DNA of 64,000 nucleotides, from NCBI GenBank assembly GCA_030324005.1, contig JARDVH010000121.1, positions 32,481,572 through 32,545,571 of the forward strand. The letters are read 5' to 3'. Within the stretch, counting starts at the first letter, position 1, and the number at the start of each line of letters is the position of its first letter. The translations under genes and the position numbers were made by a program. Below are positions 1 to 12,632 of the stretch, piece after piece. Source of the stretch: Negaprion brevirostris. Its lineage: Eukaryota. Below the pieces are notes generated by a model. The model was given only the letters and a program-made list of their open reading frames with translations, had not been told where the DNA came from and ran no database searches.

Positions 1-1583
1 CATGCCATTGCATCTGTCCCAGAACCTGACCTTGATGAATTGTGTAAGCTGGCCAGATCAGGCACATTAATAGTATACAGCCTGATGTTTCAAAATTAAA
101 TTGAAACAAATTAGAGTCATGTTTATCAGAAGGATTTCACATGAGGGAAGGGAATAGTTATTTTTGGGGAATGAATTTGCGAGATTCTTTACGATCTGAT
201 TTGCTTTGCATTCTCCCATCTGCAAATCGCTGGCTGGTAAATAGAACCTGTTTGTATTTGACACTCATTCTGTACAAAGAATGTTTTCAGTCAGGGTAAC
301 AGGCAACAGCTGGAAAAAACAATAATCTTTTTTGTTGGCATTTGGCAGTATTCTGTGATGATCAAAAATAGCCACGTTGCTCAAAATAAGGACATAAGGT
401 TCAGCGACAGAAAATACTTGTTTTTTTGAGGATTGGCAGAAGCAGGTTACAATGGAGCACCTGATCATTTCCTAATAGAGTTGGTGAGCATTTTGTCCTA
501 ATGGGTAAAATGGAATGCTTTCCATTCGCCCTTAGACNNNNNNNNNNNNNNNNNNNNNNNNNNNNNNNNNNNNNNNNNNNNNNNNNNNNNNNNNNNNNNN
601 NNNNNNNNNNNNNNNNNNNNNNNNNNNNNNNNNNNNNCTTAGACAGGGAAACCTGACGCAGAGGAATGCATACTGGGGTTGGGGGTGGGCCGAACTGGCC
701 AAGCTTTACAATCTGATTCTGGATCAACACTGATCTGAGACCAGAAGCTGCCAATTTCCACCATACGATGCTACCTTCACAATGACTAATTGTAACTCCA
801 GTTGCGATCACCAGGAGAGAGCTTTCTGTCTATTAAAATTGAAATGCTTAAAGAGATAGAATGGTAGAGTTTGCAGTATCCACTGATTTAAATCAACTCC
901 ACATCGAACTGAAGGCAGGTCTTGGAGAGCCCTCTTGATAGTTGATAAACATGTTAGTGCAAGCTGAGTAATTCTCGGTGTGGCGTTAATCCAAGTGATG
1001 GGTAATTTCAAAACANNNNNNNNNNAGATGAGCTGTAATGTTATAAACACCCTGAGACTGCTTGATTAAATCTTCAGCTCTGACTCTTATCTCCAGTTAG
1101 CTGATGTGTGAACTCTCATGTTCATACAATGAGATTGAAAATTTGATAAAGGCTTTCGGTACTATACTTTCCAGTGGAAAACAGAGGCTAGAAACAGCAT
1201 CTATTAACAAATAATTATGAGTAGTTTATTGTCAGTTTCTCCCCATCTCTCCTGCAAATGCTGGTAATTGCTTTGATTCTGCTGGCTTCAGCGGTCCTTT
1301 TGGTGTCACACAACAATGCCCGGACAGAAAGGAAGCTAATTTTAACCTGTTTCTGCAGATAGGATTACATATGATATGCAATTTAGAAACACGCCATTTG
1401 GCTCAACCATACTATGCTGTTATTTATGCCCCATTTGTGCACGCTCCCATCTTTTCTCATTTATAGCTATCATAATCATAATTCCCNNNNNNNNNNNNNN
1501 NNNNNNNNNNNNNNNNNNNNNNNNNNNNNNNNNNNNNNNNNNNNNNTTCTTACAATTATTTGGTAAAGAAGTTTCATCTGAAA

Positions 1584-1840
1584 TCCCTACTGGATTTCTT
1601 GGTGATTATCTTATATCCCTACTGGATTTATTGGTGACTATCTTATATCCATACTGGATTTCTTGGAGACTATCTTATATTCCTACTGGATTTCTTGGTG
1701 ATTATCTTATATCCCTACTGATTTTATTGGTGACTATCTTATATCCATACTGGATTTCTTGGTAATTATCTTATATCCCTACTGGATTTCTTGGTAATTA
1801 TCTTATATCCCTACTGGATTTCTTGGTGATTATCTTATAT
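1584..1840. repeat. 32-bp minisatellite, about 8 copies
   Basis: Unit TCCCTACTGGATTTCTTGGTGATTATCTTATA repeated in tandem with few substitutions. Confidence 0.93.
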
Positions 1841-2699
1841 TGATGGTCTTTAATTATGCTGCTCCCCACAAGAGGAAACATTCACTCTGTATCCACTCCA
1901 TTAAAACCTTCCATAATTTTATAAACCCTTATTAGGTTGCCTCTCAGCCTTCTTATTTCAAGTAAAATAAAACTAGCCTGTCAATCCTTTCCTGATCTCA
2001 ATAACTATGCAATGTAACAGCCTTGTCAAATTCAGTGCATTTATATACTTTTTATAATAATGTCAACAAGACTTGCACACAATACTCTAAGGCCCAGATT
2101 TTCACTCCTGAGGTGAGTAGCATGAGTTGGGAAATTTCCTGGTTCACTGCACTCGCCTCAGGAGAAACTCCACCAAATGGCGTAACCTTCATTCTGGTGG
2201 GACTTGGGCGGAGGGAGAAAGTGGATGGAGGAGGACAGGTGCAGAGTAGTACCAGGCCTGCGAACCATGAATTCAAATTGGAGGTGGCCACATGAGCTGC
2301 TGAATGCTGAGCCAGGCTGGTTAAAAGGTCCTCCTCTATTCTCTGGAAGTTCACTTTAGTTGTTTTGCTACATTTTAGGCTCTTGGACCTCCATCTCCAC
2401 ACCCACCAGCCATTCCAATCTTGCCCCCCCTCCACCAATCTCATGGGTCCTTATAACCCCCATGCCAACTTAATGCCAACTCATGCCAATCTACCCATCA
2501 CCATTGACCCTTACGTCCTCTATGCCAACTCACCCAGTCTCCACCGTGAGTAGACTTCAGAGGCTATATTGAAATGAAATAAAATAAAGGTGCAAACATC
2601 TATTGCAGCCTTCACTATATTTAAAAAAATTACTTTCATTTATGAAAATCTATTCAAAACTTTTGAATCTTATCAAGTATTTGATCCCTTGTAATACAA

Positions 2700-3190
2700 G
2701 CTTTAACTGAGGTTTAACTAAGGTTCTAGACAGGCTTAGCATAAGCTTCCTACTTTTCAATTCTATTCTTTCAGAACTAATACTTGGTGCTTGGTTTGCT
2801 TTTATATAATTGCCTTGCTAATCTTTGGCATAACTTGCTGTGATTGGCATATTTGTACTTCAATAATCTTTTGTCCTCTACCCCACCTAGACTCTCACCT
2901 TCGATGTAATAACTGACCTCCTTATTCTTCCTTCCAAAATGTATTACCTCCCATTTATCTGGGTTGAAGTTTATTTTCCAATTATTTGCCTATTATACAA
3001 GCTTATTAATGTACTCCTGTGACTTATTGCAGTCCTCCTTAGTATTGACTAATCACTCTCCACTCCTCCTGTATCCCTGCCCTCTCAAAATGAGGCATCA
3101 CTTGCAAATTTATTTTTGATTCCAAAGTCCAAATTGATAATGTAAATTGTGAACAGCAGTGGTTCCAGCACTTATCCTTAGGAAACTCAT
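2700..3190 (-). mobile_element. Degraded CR1-like LINE fragment
   Basis: Contains gtaaattgtgaacagcagtggttccagcacttatcctta and catcacttgcaaatt, the antisense of the CR1 RT region (GVPQGSVLGPLLF/FADD-like); no intact ORF. Confidence 0.55.
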
Positions 3191-3339
3191 GGGATTGAAT
3201 AAAAATGCTGATTTTGCACAGCCTCCAATTTTATTTTCCATTTATTTTAAACATTGCCTCCCAAGTGCCAGCAAACAGTTTGAGTATTAACTGTGCTGCT
3301 GATGACCTCTAATTTCATTTGCCACGAGATCCATGCACT

Positions 3340-3532
3340 AGATGCTGGTGTTGGACTTGGGTGGGCACAGTAGGAAGTCTTACAACATCAGGTTAAAGTC
3401 CAATAGGTTTATTTGGAATCGCGAGCTTTTGGAGCACAGCTCCTTCATCAGATGACTCATTCACCTCACACTCACCTGATGAAGGAGGTGGGTTCTGAAA
3501 GCTTGTGATTCCAAATAAACCTGTTGGACTTT
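3340..3532. mobile_element. Penelope-like terminal repeat (pLTR) as an inverted pair with hammerhead-like cores
   Basis: AAAGTCCAATAGGTTTATTTGGAATC...CCTTCATCAG is mirrored by CTGATGAAGG...GATTCCAAATAAACCTGTTGGACTTT. Flanked by direct repeat GATCCATGCA (3328-3337, 3538-3547). Confidence 0.75.
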
Positions 3533-4514
3533 TACAGGATCCATGCAGACACACATTTGCCTCATTTTCTTTCCTCTTCCCTTCTCCAGTTTGGAGAAAC
3601 TTAGATCAACTAATCCAGCAACTCGGAATTCACCCTGCAACTTTTCTCTCTAGGTTTTAGTGCTGGCTTGGGCAGTGTCTTTAAAAACCAAATTATTTAA
3701 TTACAATTTAAACATCATCTTGTTTTAATAGTGTGGCTTGATGATCTCACTGAGAAACTGGCTTAAAGGCCACGCTGTGTGTGAGGGAGGGCTGAATTAA
3801 CATACACAGTTGTAATGGAAATCCCTAGATGAATGACAATATCAACTGATGTTGATTCAGTTGCATCAGGCTGTTGGACTCTGAAACACCAGTCTGTTTC
3901 CCCTTGCTTGGCTCATTGAAACCCATGGTTTAAATTGAAACATTTCAACCCTCTTCCTAAATAAACAGTAATATGAAAATAATAACTGCTTCCAGGATGT
4001 TAATAATTTACCTTAATTGTTTTAACCATTCAGATAGCGAGGCTTCTTCCTCAACCTACTGCTAATAATTATTTATTGTTGAGCAGAATATTCTGCTTTT
4101 TCCATCGTTATGTGGAATATTCTAACAGAGAAAGACTAAATATTTGGGAAGAAATAAAGAACTTTTGGCTTGAAGCCACTGTAATCGTTTGTAATATTAA
4201 AATTAAAACTATCATCCTTTTGTGGAAAGCACTTCGGTATCATGAAGAATCTCCTCATTAAACAAAGGAGGCTACACTATTTGTTTTGCAGCCAGCTATT
4301 GCTACTTACCAATGGGAATGTGAATGACAGTTGTTGGGAATTTCCTGTTTAAAATGCCTGGAGTTAATTTTCCCCCTGAATGAATATGGCAGGCACACAG
4401 TAAAATTCTAGGTTGGATGGCCACAACTGCTTTTTATAAAACTGGCAAATTGAAGTATCTGAATTATTTCCCCTGGTATTTGCTTTCGTTGGCTGTCAAG
4501 AGTCAAGTACTGAA

Positions 4515-4630
4515 AGAAAGAATGAAAGAACTCATATTTAGACAGCACAGTTCACAGCTTCAGAATGCATCGTAGCATTTTACAGCCAGCAATGTACTTT
4601 TGAACTGCCATCATAATGTAGGATAAGCAA
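4515..4630 (-). mobile_element. DeuSINE (SacSINE1-like) 3' tail fragment
   Basis: aaagaaagaa...gcattttacagcc...gtacttttgaa resembles the copy at 19135 and the reverse complement of 31315-31400. Confidence 0.45.
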
Positions 4631-5007
4631 TGCCATATAAATGTAAACTCTTTATTTTCTTTGGTGCAAGAGACTTAGAGACATTTAGACCATACTGGAG
4701 GAAGTGTTGGATTTAGTATAGATCTCAAACCCTGGTCTATTTTATGAATAGCCAAAAGGATTGCTATCTCTTGAAGGTGACCATGTGGCAATGGTGGGGC
4801 TTTCAGTTTATAGCCTCAGCAGTAATTCAGGCCTACAGCATACAACCTAGCACAACCACAATACAACGACGTGGCACCAGAGTAACCTATCTTCATTCCA
4901 GCAAGTTTTCAGGGCTTGGCAAAGCTAGAGCTGCATTATTTTACTCCTTTCATTTAGCTCTAATTGCAAGAGGCCAATAGTATTGTTAAGTATTACAATC
5001 ATTGATA

Positions 5008-5412
5008 CGGGGGGGATGATTTTCCCTCAAAAAAATAAGTGCCCAACAGGCAGGAATATGGAAGTTTATCCTGCCCGTTTTTTGGGCGAGCTTAGTCAAA
5101 TGAATTTCCGGCACTCTGTGCATCACCGAGGCCATAAAGGGATTTACATCAGAGCAAGGGGTGGAGAGATCAGCTGACAAGCACCTCCCATCCTATTGCT
5201 GGCCTCCCAATTGCCTGCTCCGAGGCCCGATCCCCCACAATGGCCGACCTCCTGATGGCCGGACCAGCCTCTGATCACCAGACGCGGCCTCCCCATGCTG
5301 GACCCGGCCATTTGATAGCCGCACCCCCCACCCAATCCCTGATGGCTGGCCTCCACTACATCACCACCACACCTCCCAACCCCACCGCCCAGAGAGCTGG
5401 GAAAATCACGCC
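5008..5412. mobile_element. About 400-bp MITE-like element with imperfect terminal inverted repeats
   Basis: Starts GGGGGATGATTTTCCC and ends GGGAAAATCACGCC; GC-rich interior within an AT-rich intron. Confidence 0.5.
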
Positions 5413-7319
5413 TAGGTGTGTTGAAGCCTATATCAGTTTACATCAGATTCTGAAATGCATCAAATAGGAGATAGCTTGAATTAAGTCTTGTCATATTCCA
5501 ACACTATCACCTTATCAGATCATCATTTAATTTATACTGCTTTCTTGGGAGAGGGGGGAGCAAGAAGTCCCCTAGTTTTTAGATTTTCCTGGCTTTGTGA
5601 AAACAGTCATTCAGAAAGTATAAATAGGTGATGCCAAACGTGAATCCTGTTGTATGGAAAACCAGGGTAAGAAAATAAATGAGGTCAGTAGCATACCACT
5701 GATTTTTATTTAGTGTGCTACTTTTAGTTTACTTTGAATGAAAAAAATCAGCCTTGACAAAAGAAAGGGTTCTTTAGCAAGAAAGCTATTTTTGTCAGTG
5801 TGAGAGAAAATACCGATATGGTCTTCAGTGTTTGTGTATTATGAATAATTTTTAAGGGGTTGCATTTGTGAAGTGGCATGAACAATTATTCGTCCACGCA
5901 AACCGATTTCTATTATAGCACTTAACTCATGGATAAGGTGTACTGTTGTCTTGATTCTTACTATCTTGGATTGCTGCACTATAATTAGTACAGCCTCCTA
6001 CCTACAGCCACAACACCACCTTTATTTGTTACTATCACCGCAGACATAAATGACATAATCTTGTGAAAGAATATCTGTTACTTCAGGCTAATGTTCCCGA
6101 GTGACTAAGTTTGCATCTGTGCTGGTTACTATTATTAGCTGCATTATACAGTGCACCACGCCCAGCTGCCCTCTCCCAGCTGGCTGGCAAGCCATTAGAA
6201 AATAAAGGGGAATTTGCGGATAGTTACTTCCTGACACAGACAAAGGCTGGATGTCACCATAAACTTGTATACAAGCCCTCCTTTTTTGTGTCGACTCTTC
6301 AGATCTCTAGAACTTCACCCAAGGGGTCACTGCTAAAAATGTGTGCCTGGATGGTTAGTGTTGTTCTTCAATTGTGGATGATGTCTCATTTGAGCCAAAT
6401 TCTATCTTTACTTGCCATATGTACATGCAACAGGGGCGATTGGGTGGTAATCCTTCCCTAACCCAGGGGTTGAGACATAATGGCTGTTTCCCATGGTAAG
6501 ATCAGCACAGACTATGAATCAAAGCCAGGACCTCCTGATCTGCATGGCTCAGTATTTAGACAAAGTAGTTGGGTGGGTGAAGGTGTCACCTTATGTAGTA
6601 TTGAATCAGACTGATGCAACGGGGGAGCAATTGTTTGCAGCACAATTACAATTGCAACAAATGGTGTGAAACCCCACTTCATGGTGCAAAGCTCCAGTTG
6701 ATGGGAGCACTGATTTAGAGCCAGAGGTCACCACATCTGGCTCACACTGCTGATGTTTTTCCATTCCTTGACAGTGTCACCGTATCAAGAACAATGCAAA
6801 TCAAATGTAGAAAACTCTTTGCATAACTCTTCAATCCACAACCCTAATGAGTGAGATCATGGCCACTAAATTTAGATGTGCTGTGGTTTTTTTTGGGGCG
6901 CCGGCAAGCAGAACCTTGCGAATCTCCCAGGCGTGCGAAACAAGGTGAGGTTGGGGGTGGGGATGTACGAAATTGAGCAGGAGGCAAAATGTCAACTTCC
7001 CGTCAGAGGGATGAAAATTGGTTTTTAATTAGTGGCAGATTGAGGGTGGATCACGTTTCCTGACAGCAAGCAACGGGAGCTTACTTTTAATAGATTGGTA
7101 TTTGCATGCTCATGACAGCACCACTTCGCCAGATCAAATTTGGAATTAGTGCACAGCAAACAGGAAACACATGCATTCAGATTCACAACTGATTAAAACA
7201 CTGGCATGCAATAGGCAAGTTAGCCTTCCGACTGAATTTGTGTTGAGTAGGTGCTGCTTCTCTTGTATGGAAAGCTTTGTTGAACCAGGAGATAAGAGTT
7301 ATTGTTGCATTCAGATTGG

Positions 7320-8060
7320 CTGGCGGCCATGAAAGAGAAGTGGCACCTGGCTGACTGAAGGAGGGTGGGAGTGAGTGAGAGTAGCAGGTAGCTGTGAATG
7401 GGGAGTGGAGCGTGGCTGACTGGAGGAGGCAGGGCGTGAATAAGAGAGTGAATGAGGGTGGGATGTGGCTGTGAATTGGAATGGGGCGTGGCTGACTGGA
7501 AGAAGAGGGGGTTAAATGAGGGAGTGAGTGAGGGTGGGAGGTAGGTGAGAATGGGGAATGGGGAATGGAGCCTGGCTGACTGAGGGAGAGAGGTGAATTT
7601 GAATGTGGAAGGGGGCATAGCTGACCAAGGGAGGAGGGAAGGAGGTATCAGGCCTATGAAGACTCACTGGGGACAGAGGGAGGAAGCTGGACTACACAGG
7701 GAAGATCAATGTCTGCAGAAGGTAGGTCAAGCATGATTGTGGGGAAATCAATGGTTATACAAAAAAGGTTGAGGGTAACAGAGGGCAGGTTAAGGATGAT
7801 CAAGGGATTGTTGAAGATTATGGGTGACAGGTGAAGGGTAATGGGGACTCAGTGATAGTGATGCTATAAAACTCTAGAGTGAATGACAGTTGTTCAAGGG
7901 TGATGAGGGGTGGTAGCTTGAGGGTGGATTGGGCAAGGGTGATGGAGTGAGGGTCAAGGGTGACTAAGAGAAGATGAATGGTTCCAGTTACAGGGATGTA
8001 GGGGAGATAACAGATTGAAAGTGTTGGTGGGATATGGAGGGATGGTGAGGCCACAACAGA
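7320..8060. repeat. G/A-rich low-complexity tract with degenerate GGCTGACTG(G)AGGAGGG units
   Basis: Strong plus-strand purine/G skew; GGCTGACTG recurs near 7349, 7414, 7490 and 7574. Confidence 0.65.
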
Positions 8061-10812
8061 TCTAGGAATTACAAACTCTACGCAAACAGCCAGACTAATA
8101 CTGTTAGATGACAAGGAATGGATGCCTGTCAATTGTCATTTAACTATAGTGCCCAAATGTACGAAGTGTAAGATAGTGGTGTGCCCATGTTCNNNNNNNN
8201 NNCTCTGGGGTCTTCACCTTCCATAACTAGTTGGTTGACCACCATGTAACTGCACATAGCCAGTTGCTCTGTGTCTGAGTAGAAATGTGCTGCACCTCCG
8301 ACATGAGAAGGTTTCATTTTATGTGTACTGTTCACTGTCCTAAAGAGTGCCTGCAGTGCACGGTCACAATTCTGGTGTTGGCTGTTCTGTTGAGCCATTT
8401 TGACGAGTAACTAGCAGTCACACATGGCGCTTCCACTGCTAGTATGTAGACAGGGTAGGTTGTGACATCAAGCAGAATGTAATGTTGATTTGATACTATG
8501 GTTGCTGCCATATTGGAGCTCCCTCGGTTCATGTAAAATTCCAGCCTATGGAATTTTGCTGATTCACGTTCTCCGACTTCGCCTGCAACTGGGATCCTCC
8601 AGTCCCGCTGCTGTGAACAGAGATTTGGCTGAACCCCAAATTCTCCGTTCCTGCTGGCAACGGCAGCGGGGTGTGCAAGACCAGAAAATTCCAGCCTCTT
8701 ATGTTTGGAAAGTTGCATTTTGAAACCTGGTTCACTACCTGTTGCAAGAACCTTACCCAAAAAGCCTGCCCATCAAATCGGCTTTTAATTCCCACGGACG
8801 AGCTTGCTAGTAAATCAGTCCGGCTTTTCTGCTGGCCCGTTCAGTGAACTGTAATAGTGATGTCATTTGCTCTGGTTTGCATGTTTTTGAATGGCTAAAT
8901 TTGCTTTCTTAAAAGGCAGACAAAAAAAGTGAAAAGCATTAAGGAACACTGGATATGATTACTGTGAAGCATGAAAAATAGAACTATCAGCTCTAATGAG
9001 TTCAATGAAAAGTAATGATTTTCCACCAAAACTAAACTAATAAAAAATTAAGATTGCTGTGAAAATTGTTAGTCTGCATACTTTGGCATTTAATTTATTT
9101 GAAGGCCCTCTTGATATTTCAATATGCTTTTAATGAAATCAATCGACCCAAGAAGTAAATAATATTTATCTTTCCTTGTAACGACAAGTCAATTTATGTA
9201 ATGATGAACCCCTCTCATTAGACATAAATAGGTGAAATGAGGTTGAAAAGCTTCTAAATGACAATCAGCAGAGGTGGATAAATTGCTGGGATTGATGGAG
9301 ATGGAGAGATACAGATATTTACTGATACTGCCCCATACTGGAACTGAGGCATAGAGCAGAACATCTTTAGGTTTATGCTGAGTTAACTGAGAGTTTCAAA
9401 TGTTCATTTATTCAATTCTTATTTTTAAATTTAAAAAAAGTTCACTTGTGGCTAATTTGAATTAAGAGCAGAATCTTTGGGCTTTCTCGGTAGATGCAAA
9501 GACTTTTGAAGTATTCCCTGAAATTGCCCATGATACAAGTTGTCTAAGTCCCAGCTTCATGTGTGGATTGCTTTCATAAAGTTCAAGAACATTTTTAAAA
9601 AATCTCTTCTCGAGAAATTTGTAGAGGAATCAAATCTCTTTGCATGAAACAGTTGTATGGCTTGAATACTCTGGTTCGGTGCCAGTCCAGAATATGGCGA
9701 CTAGAAGTCTTTAACGATGCTATTAAACACTAAAGCCTTTTAGAGATTCAGAGCAGTTGTTCACATTTTCTTCTGGTTAATTTTTTCCATAAAGTTTTCT
9801 GTGATCCCGATATGAATCATCCAGTTTATGATAAACCATTGAGGTTGTTATTCATTTTTGCATTGTGGGTGTCATTGTCAAGTTTAGCAGTTATTGCCCA
9901 GTTGCCATATTGTCCTCTTCCCAGAGATGTTACCAGACCTAGTGAGATTTTCCAGCATCCCCTGTGTCTGCCTTACTAAGTAGCTTGACAGGCCACTTCT
10001 GAAGGCACATTTAGACCAGGCTGGGTGAAGATATCAGATTTCCTAGCCTAATGAACATTGGTGAACCAGTTGGATTTTTATGGCACTATAGCTTCATGAA
10101 ATGGGATTTAGCTGGCCAGACAGAGTCGGAGAACCGGCGGGGAACCTGCATCAATTTCAATAATATTTACTGCCCTTCAGGCACTTAACTGGCCACCACT
10201 GGACCAGGACCCAAGCTGTGAAAGTCTTACGCACTGAAAGCTATGAGCCACTGATTGTTGTCAGCCCCATTGCAGTACTAGGATTCCAAAGGGACTCCAG
10301 GCCATTGGTAAGCACAGACAGGATGGGATTACAAGAGGGGGAACCAAGGGGAAATGGTGGCTTTCAGCAGCCTGTCCTTTCTCAATGCCAAATTTTGTGG
10401 GTGGATGTTCGCAAACATCTAGATCACCCTTTCTTTAAAATGATGCAAATGATTCCCAAAACTTGATTTGTGCTGGAATTAATTTGTGCTTGAAATTCCT
10501 TGATCTTTTGCACTGGTTCTGCAGATTTTAGCCAAATTTTGCTGGAAGAAAACAACATAACTTCACAGAATTTCCAGGCCATTGAAGTCTTCTTAAAAAT
10601 GACATGCTCGCTGTTAATAATGAATGAGCAGTTGCTAAGTAGTTTATTCTTGCGTATGTGAAATGCAGGCCATTTCGTGGTCGTCTAGTTTAAGCTGCTC
10701 ACAATCTGCTGTAAATGTGCAGGTCATTTAGTGCAGACATAGACAAAAATAACTCCGACAAATGAATTAGTTGTTTTTTCATCATGTAACCCGATATGCT
10801 TTTTTGGCATAG

Positions 10813-10985
10813 GATTGACTGTGCTGGGATCTTGAAGCTGAGAAATGCTGACATCGAACTGAGGAAAGGAGAGACGGACATTGGCCGGAAGAATACCAGA
10901 GTGAGGCTNNNNNNNNNNNNNNNNNNTCCTCAAGCCAATGGCAGGGTGCTCTCACTACAGGTTGCTTCAAATCCCATTGAATGCT
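10813..10985 (+). CDS. NFATC2: NFATC2-like coding exon (Rel-homology domain; equivalent to human exon 5), 173 nt
   Basis: Translates [32 protein letters not shown][gap][19 protein letters not shown], a diagnostic NFAT RHD segment. Acceptor ttttggcatAG ends 10812; donor GTAAGT at 10986. The 18-N gap keeps frame and fits LVFRVHI. Confidence 0.96.
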
Positions 10986-11437
10986 GTAAGTTTTCTTTTT
11001 CTATTAAGTCCATTCAGTGCACAGTAGCTTATTAGAATATGGTTGTGAACAAACACACGTACACACATCATCACATTTTTAGTATTGTGTACAACGGTGC
11101 CCATTTGACCTATTAAGTCTGATAGCCAAATTGAATTCATAACTTAAGCATGGCACCCACAACCAATAACAATTTAACTATCTCTGTTGATTTGAAAACA
11201 TGCTCTGAAGCCAAGCGTCATGGGGCAAGACACCATCAATGTTGAAAAGACTAAATAAAGCTTTGGGAATTAGCTGACATTGAAATTTTTAAATCTGAAA
11301 GACTGGTTTAGCTACAAAAAGATGAAGTTGTTTCTACACTAAATTCCATTGATTGTGGCTAGCTGAGGTTATGAAACTATAATCAAACTGCTAATCATAT
11401 TACATTGAGTTACATCAAGACCACAGGGCAGAAACAG

Positions 11438-12057
11438 TTAGCTCAGTTGGCTGGGTGGCTGGTTTGTGATGTGGAGTAACTACAACACTGTGCATTCAAT
11501 TCCTGTAAGAAGTCTGACAACACCAGGTTTAAGTCCAACCGATTTATTTGATAGTAAAATCACAAACTTTCGGGGTTTGTCCCTTCATCAGGTGAATGGA
11601 GAATTCTGACAAAGGGACAAACCCCGAAAGCTTGTGAGTTTACTATCAAATAAGTCGGCTGGACTCAAATCTGGTNNNNNNNNNNNNNNNNNNNNNNNNN
11701 NNNNNNNNNNNNNNNNNNNNNNNNNNNNNNNNNNNNNNNNNNNNNNNNNNNNNNNNNNNNNNNNNNNNNNNNNNNACCCCGAAAGCTTGTGAGTTTACTA
11801 TCAAATAAGTCGGCTGGACTCAAATCTGGTGTTGTCAGACTTCTTACTGTGTTTACCCCAGTCCAATGCCGGCATCTCCACATCATGGTTCAATTCCCGT
11901 GCCAGCTGAAGTAATTCATGAAGGCTCCGTCTTCTCAACTTTGCCTCTCGCCTGAGATCTGGCGATCCTCAGCTTAAAATCAACACCACATTCAGTTATC
12001 CCCAACAAAGGGGAGAGCAGCCCATGGTTATCTGGGACTGAGACGACTTTACCTTTA
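11438..12057 (+). mobile_element. tRNA-derived SINE interrupted by a Penelope-like insertion
   Basis: A-box-like TAGCTCAGTTGG at 11439. The B-box-like TTCAATTCC(T/C)GT is duplicated at 11495-11506 and 11889-11900. The body continues to GACTTTACCTTT near 12055. Confidence 0.65.
11507..11887. mobile_element. Penelope-like pLTR inverted pair (second subfamily) with hammerhead-like cores
   Basis: Inverted arms centred near 11600. Ends CCAGTCCAATGCCGGCATCTCCACATCATG, the reverse complement of the start of the 41184 copy. Contains a 100-N gap. Confidence 0.75.
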
Positions 12058-12632
12058 TTGAACAGGCTGTAACATGAGTAGCAAACTGTTCAATTTAATT
12101 ATGTCTTCTATAGAAAGTGTCTTGTGCTGAAATCACCTCAGAGGGAACTGTCAACTCTCCTCTATTTAAAGTCATTGTTTGTACTTCTTGTACAAAGTGC
12201 ACCCCTCACTCACTAGGTCAGGTTATTTTTGGTTGCTAAGCAGAAATGTTTCTATGATGTTCTATTTTAAATTTATAAAGTAGAATTCGGAAAGTACATT
12301 GGCACTGGCAAGTAAGGCACTGCATTATCTGAAAATAGCAGAAAAAGATCAGTATGTGTGAATGGAAACCTTCATTAAATGAAATTATAGACAGGCTTCT
12401 GGAAACTTGTTGATTTTATTCTGGCAATGGGGAAAGGGATGAAGGGCCACATGAGTAGCCAAAACAATTGACTATTTGCTCAACTCCAGTTTCTTTTGTT
12501 GAGGTGGAGCTGCTCGTTTTTGTCATTTGTGTTTGTATTTGTATTCAGCTCAGCTGAAATATAAAGGGAAATATAAGGCTGTTTTTGTTTTGCTGTGTTT
12601 TACTGGAAAGAAAGAAATGCCAAATAATCGTA

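Noticed and set aside
1584-1840. CRISPR-like 32-bp repeat array
   Set aside because: Units are contiguous with no unique spacers, no cas genes, and the context is a vertebrate intron.
4336-4345. NF-kB-like site GGGAATTTCC
   Set aside because: A single 10-mer with no supporting context; plausible by chance in 64 kb.
11611-11830. Apparent tandem duplication of the hammerhead arm, which would suit a dimeric ribozyme
   Set aside because: The identical copies flank an exactly 100-N gap, so an unmerged contig overlap is more likely; cannot be accepted without reads.
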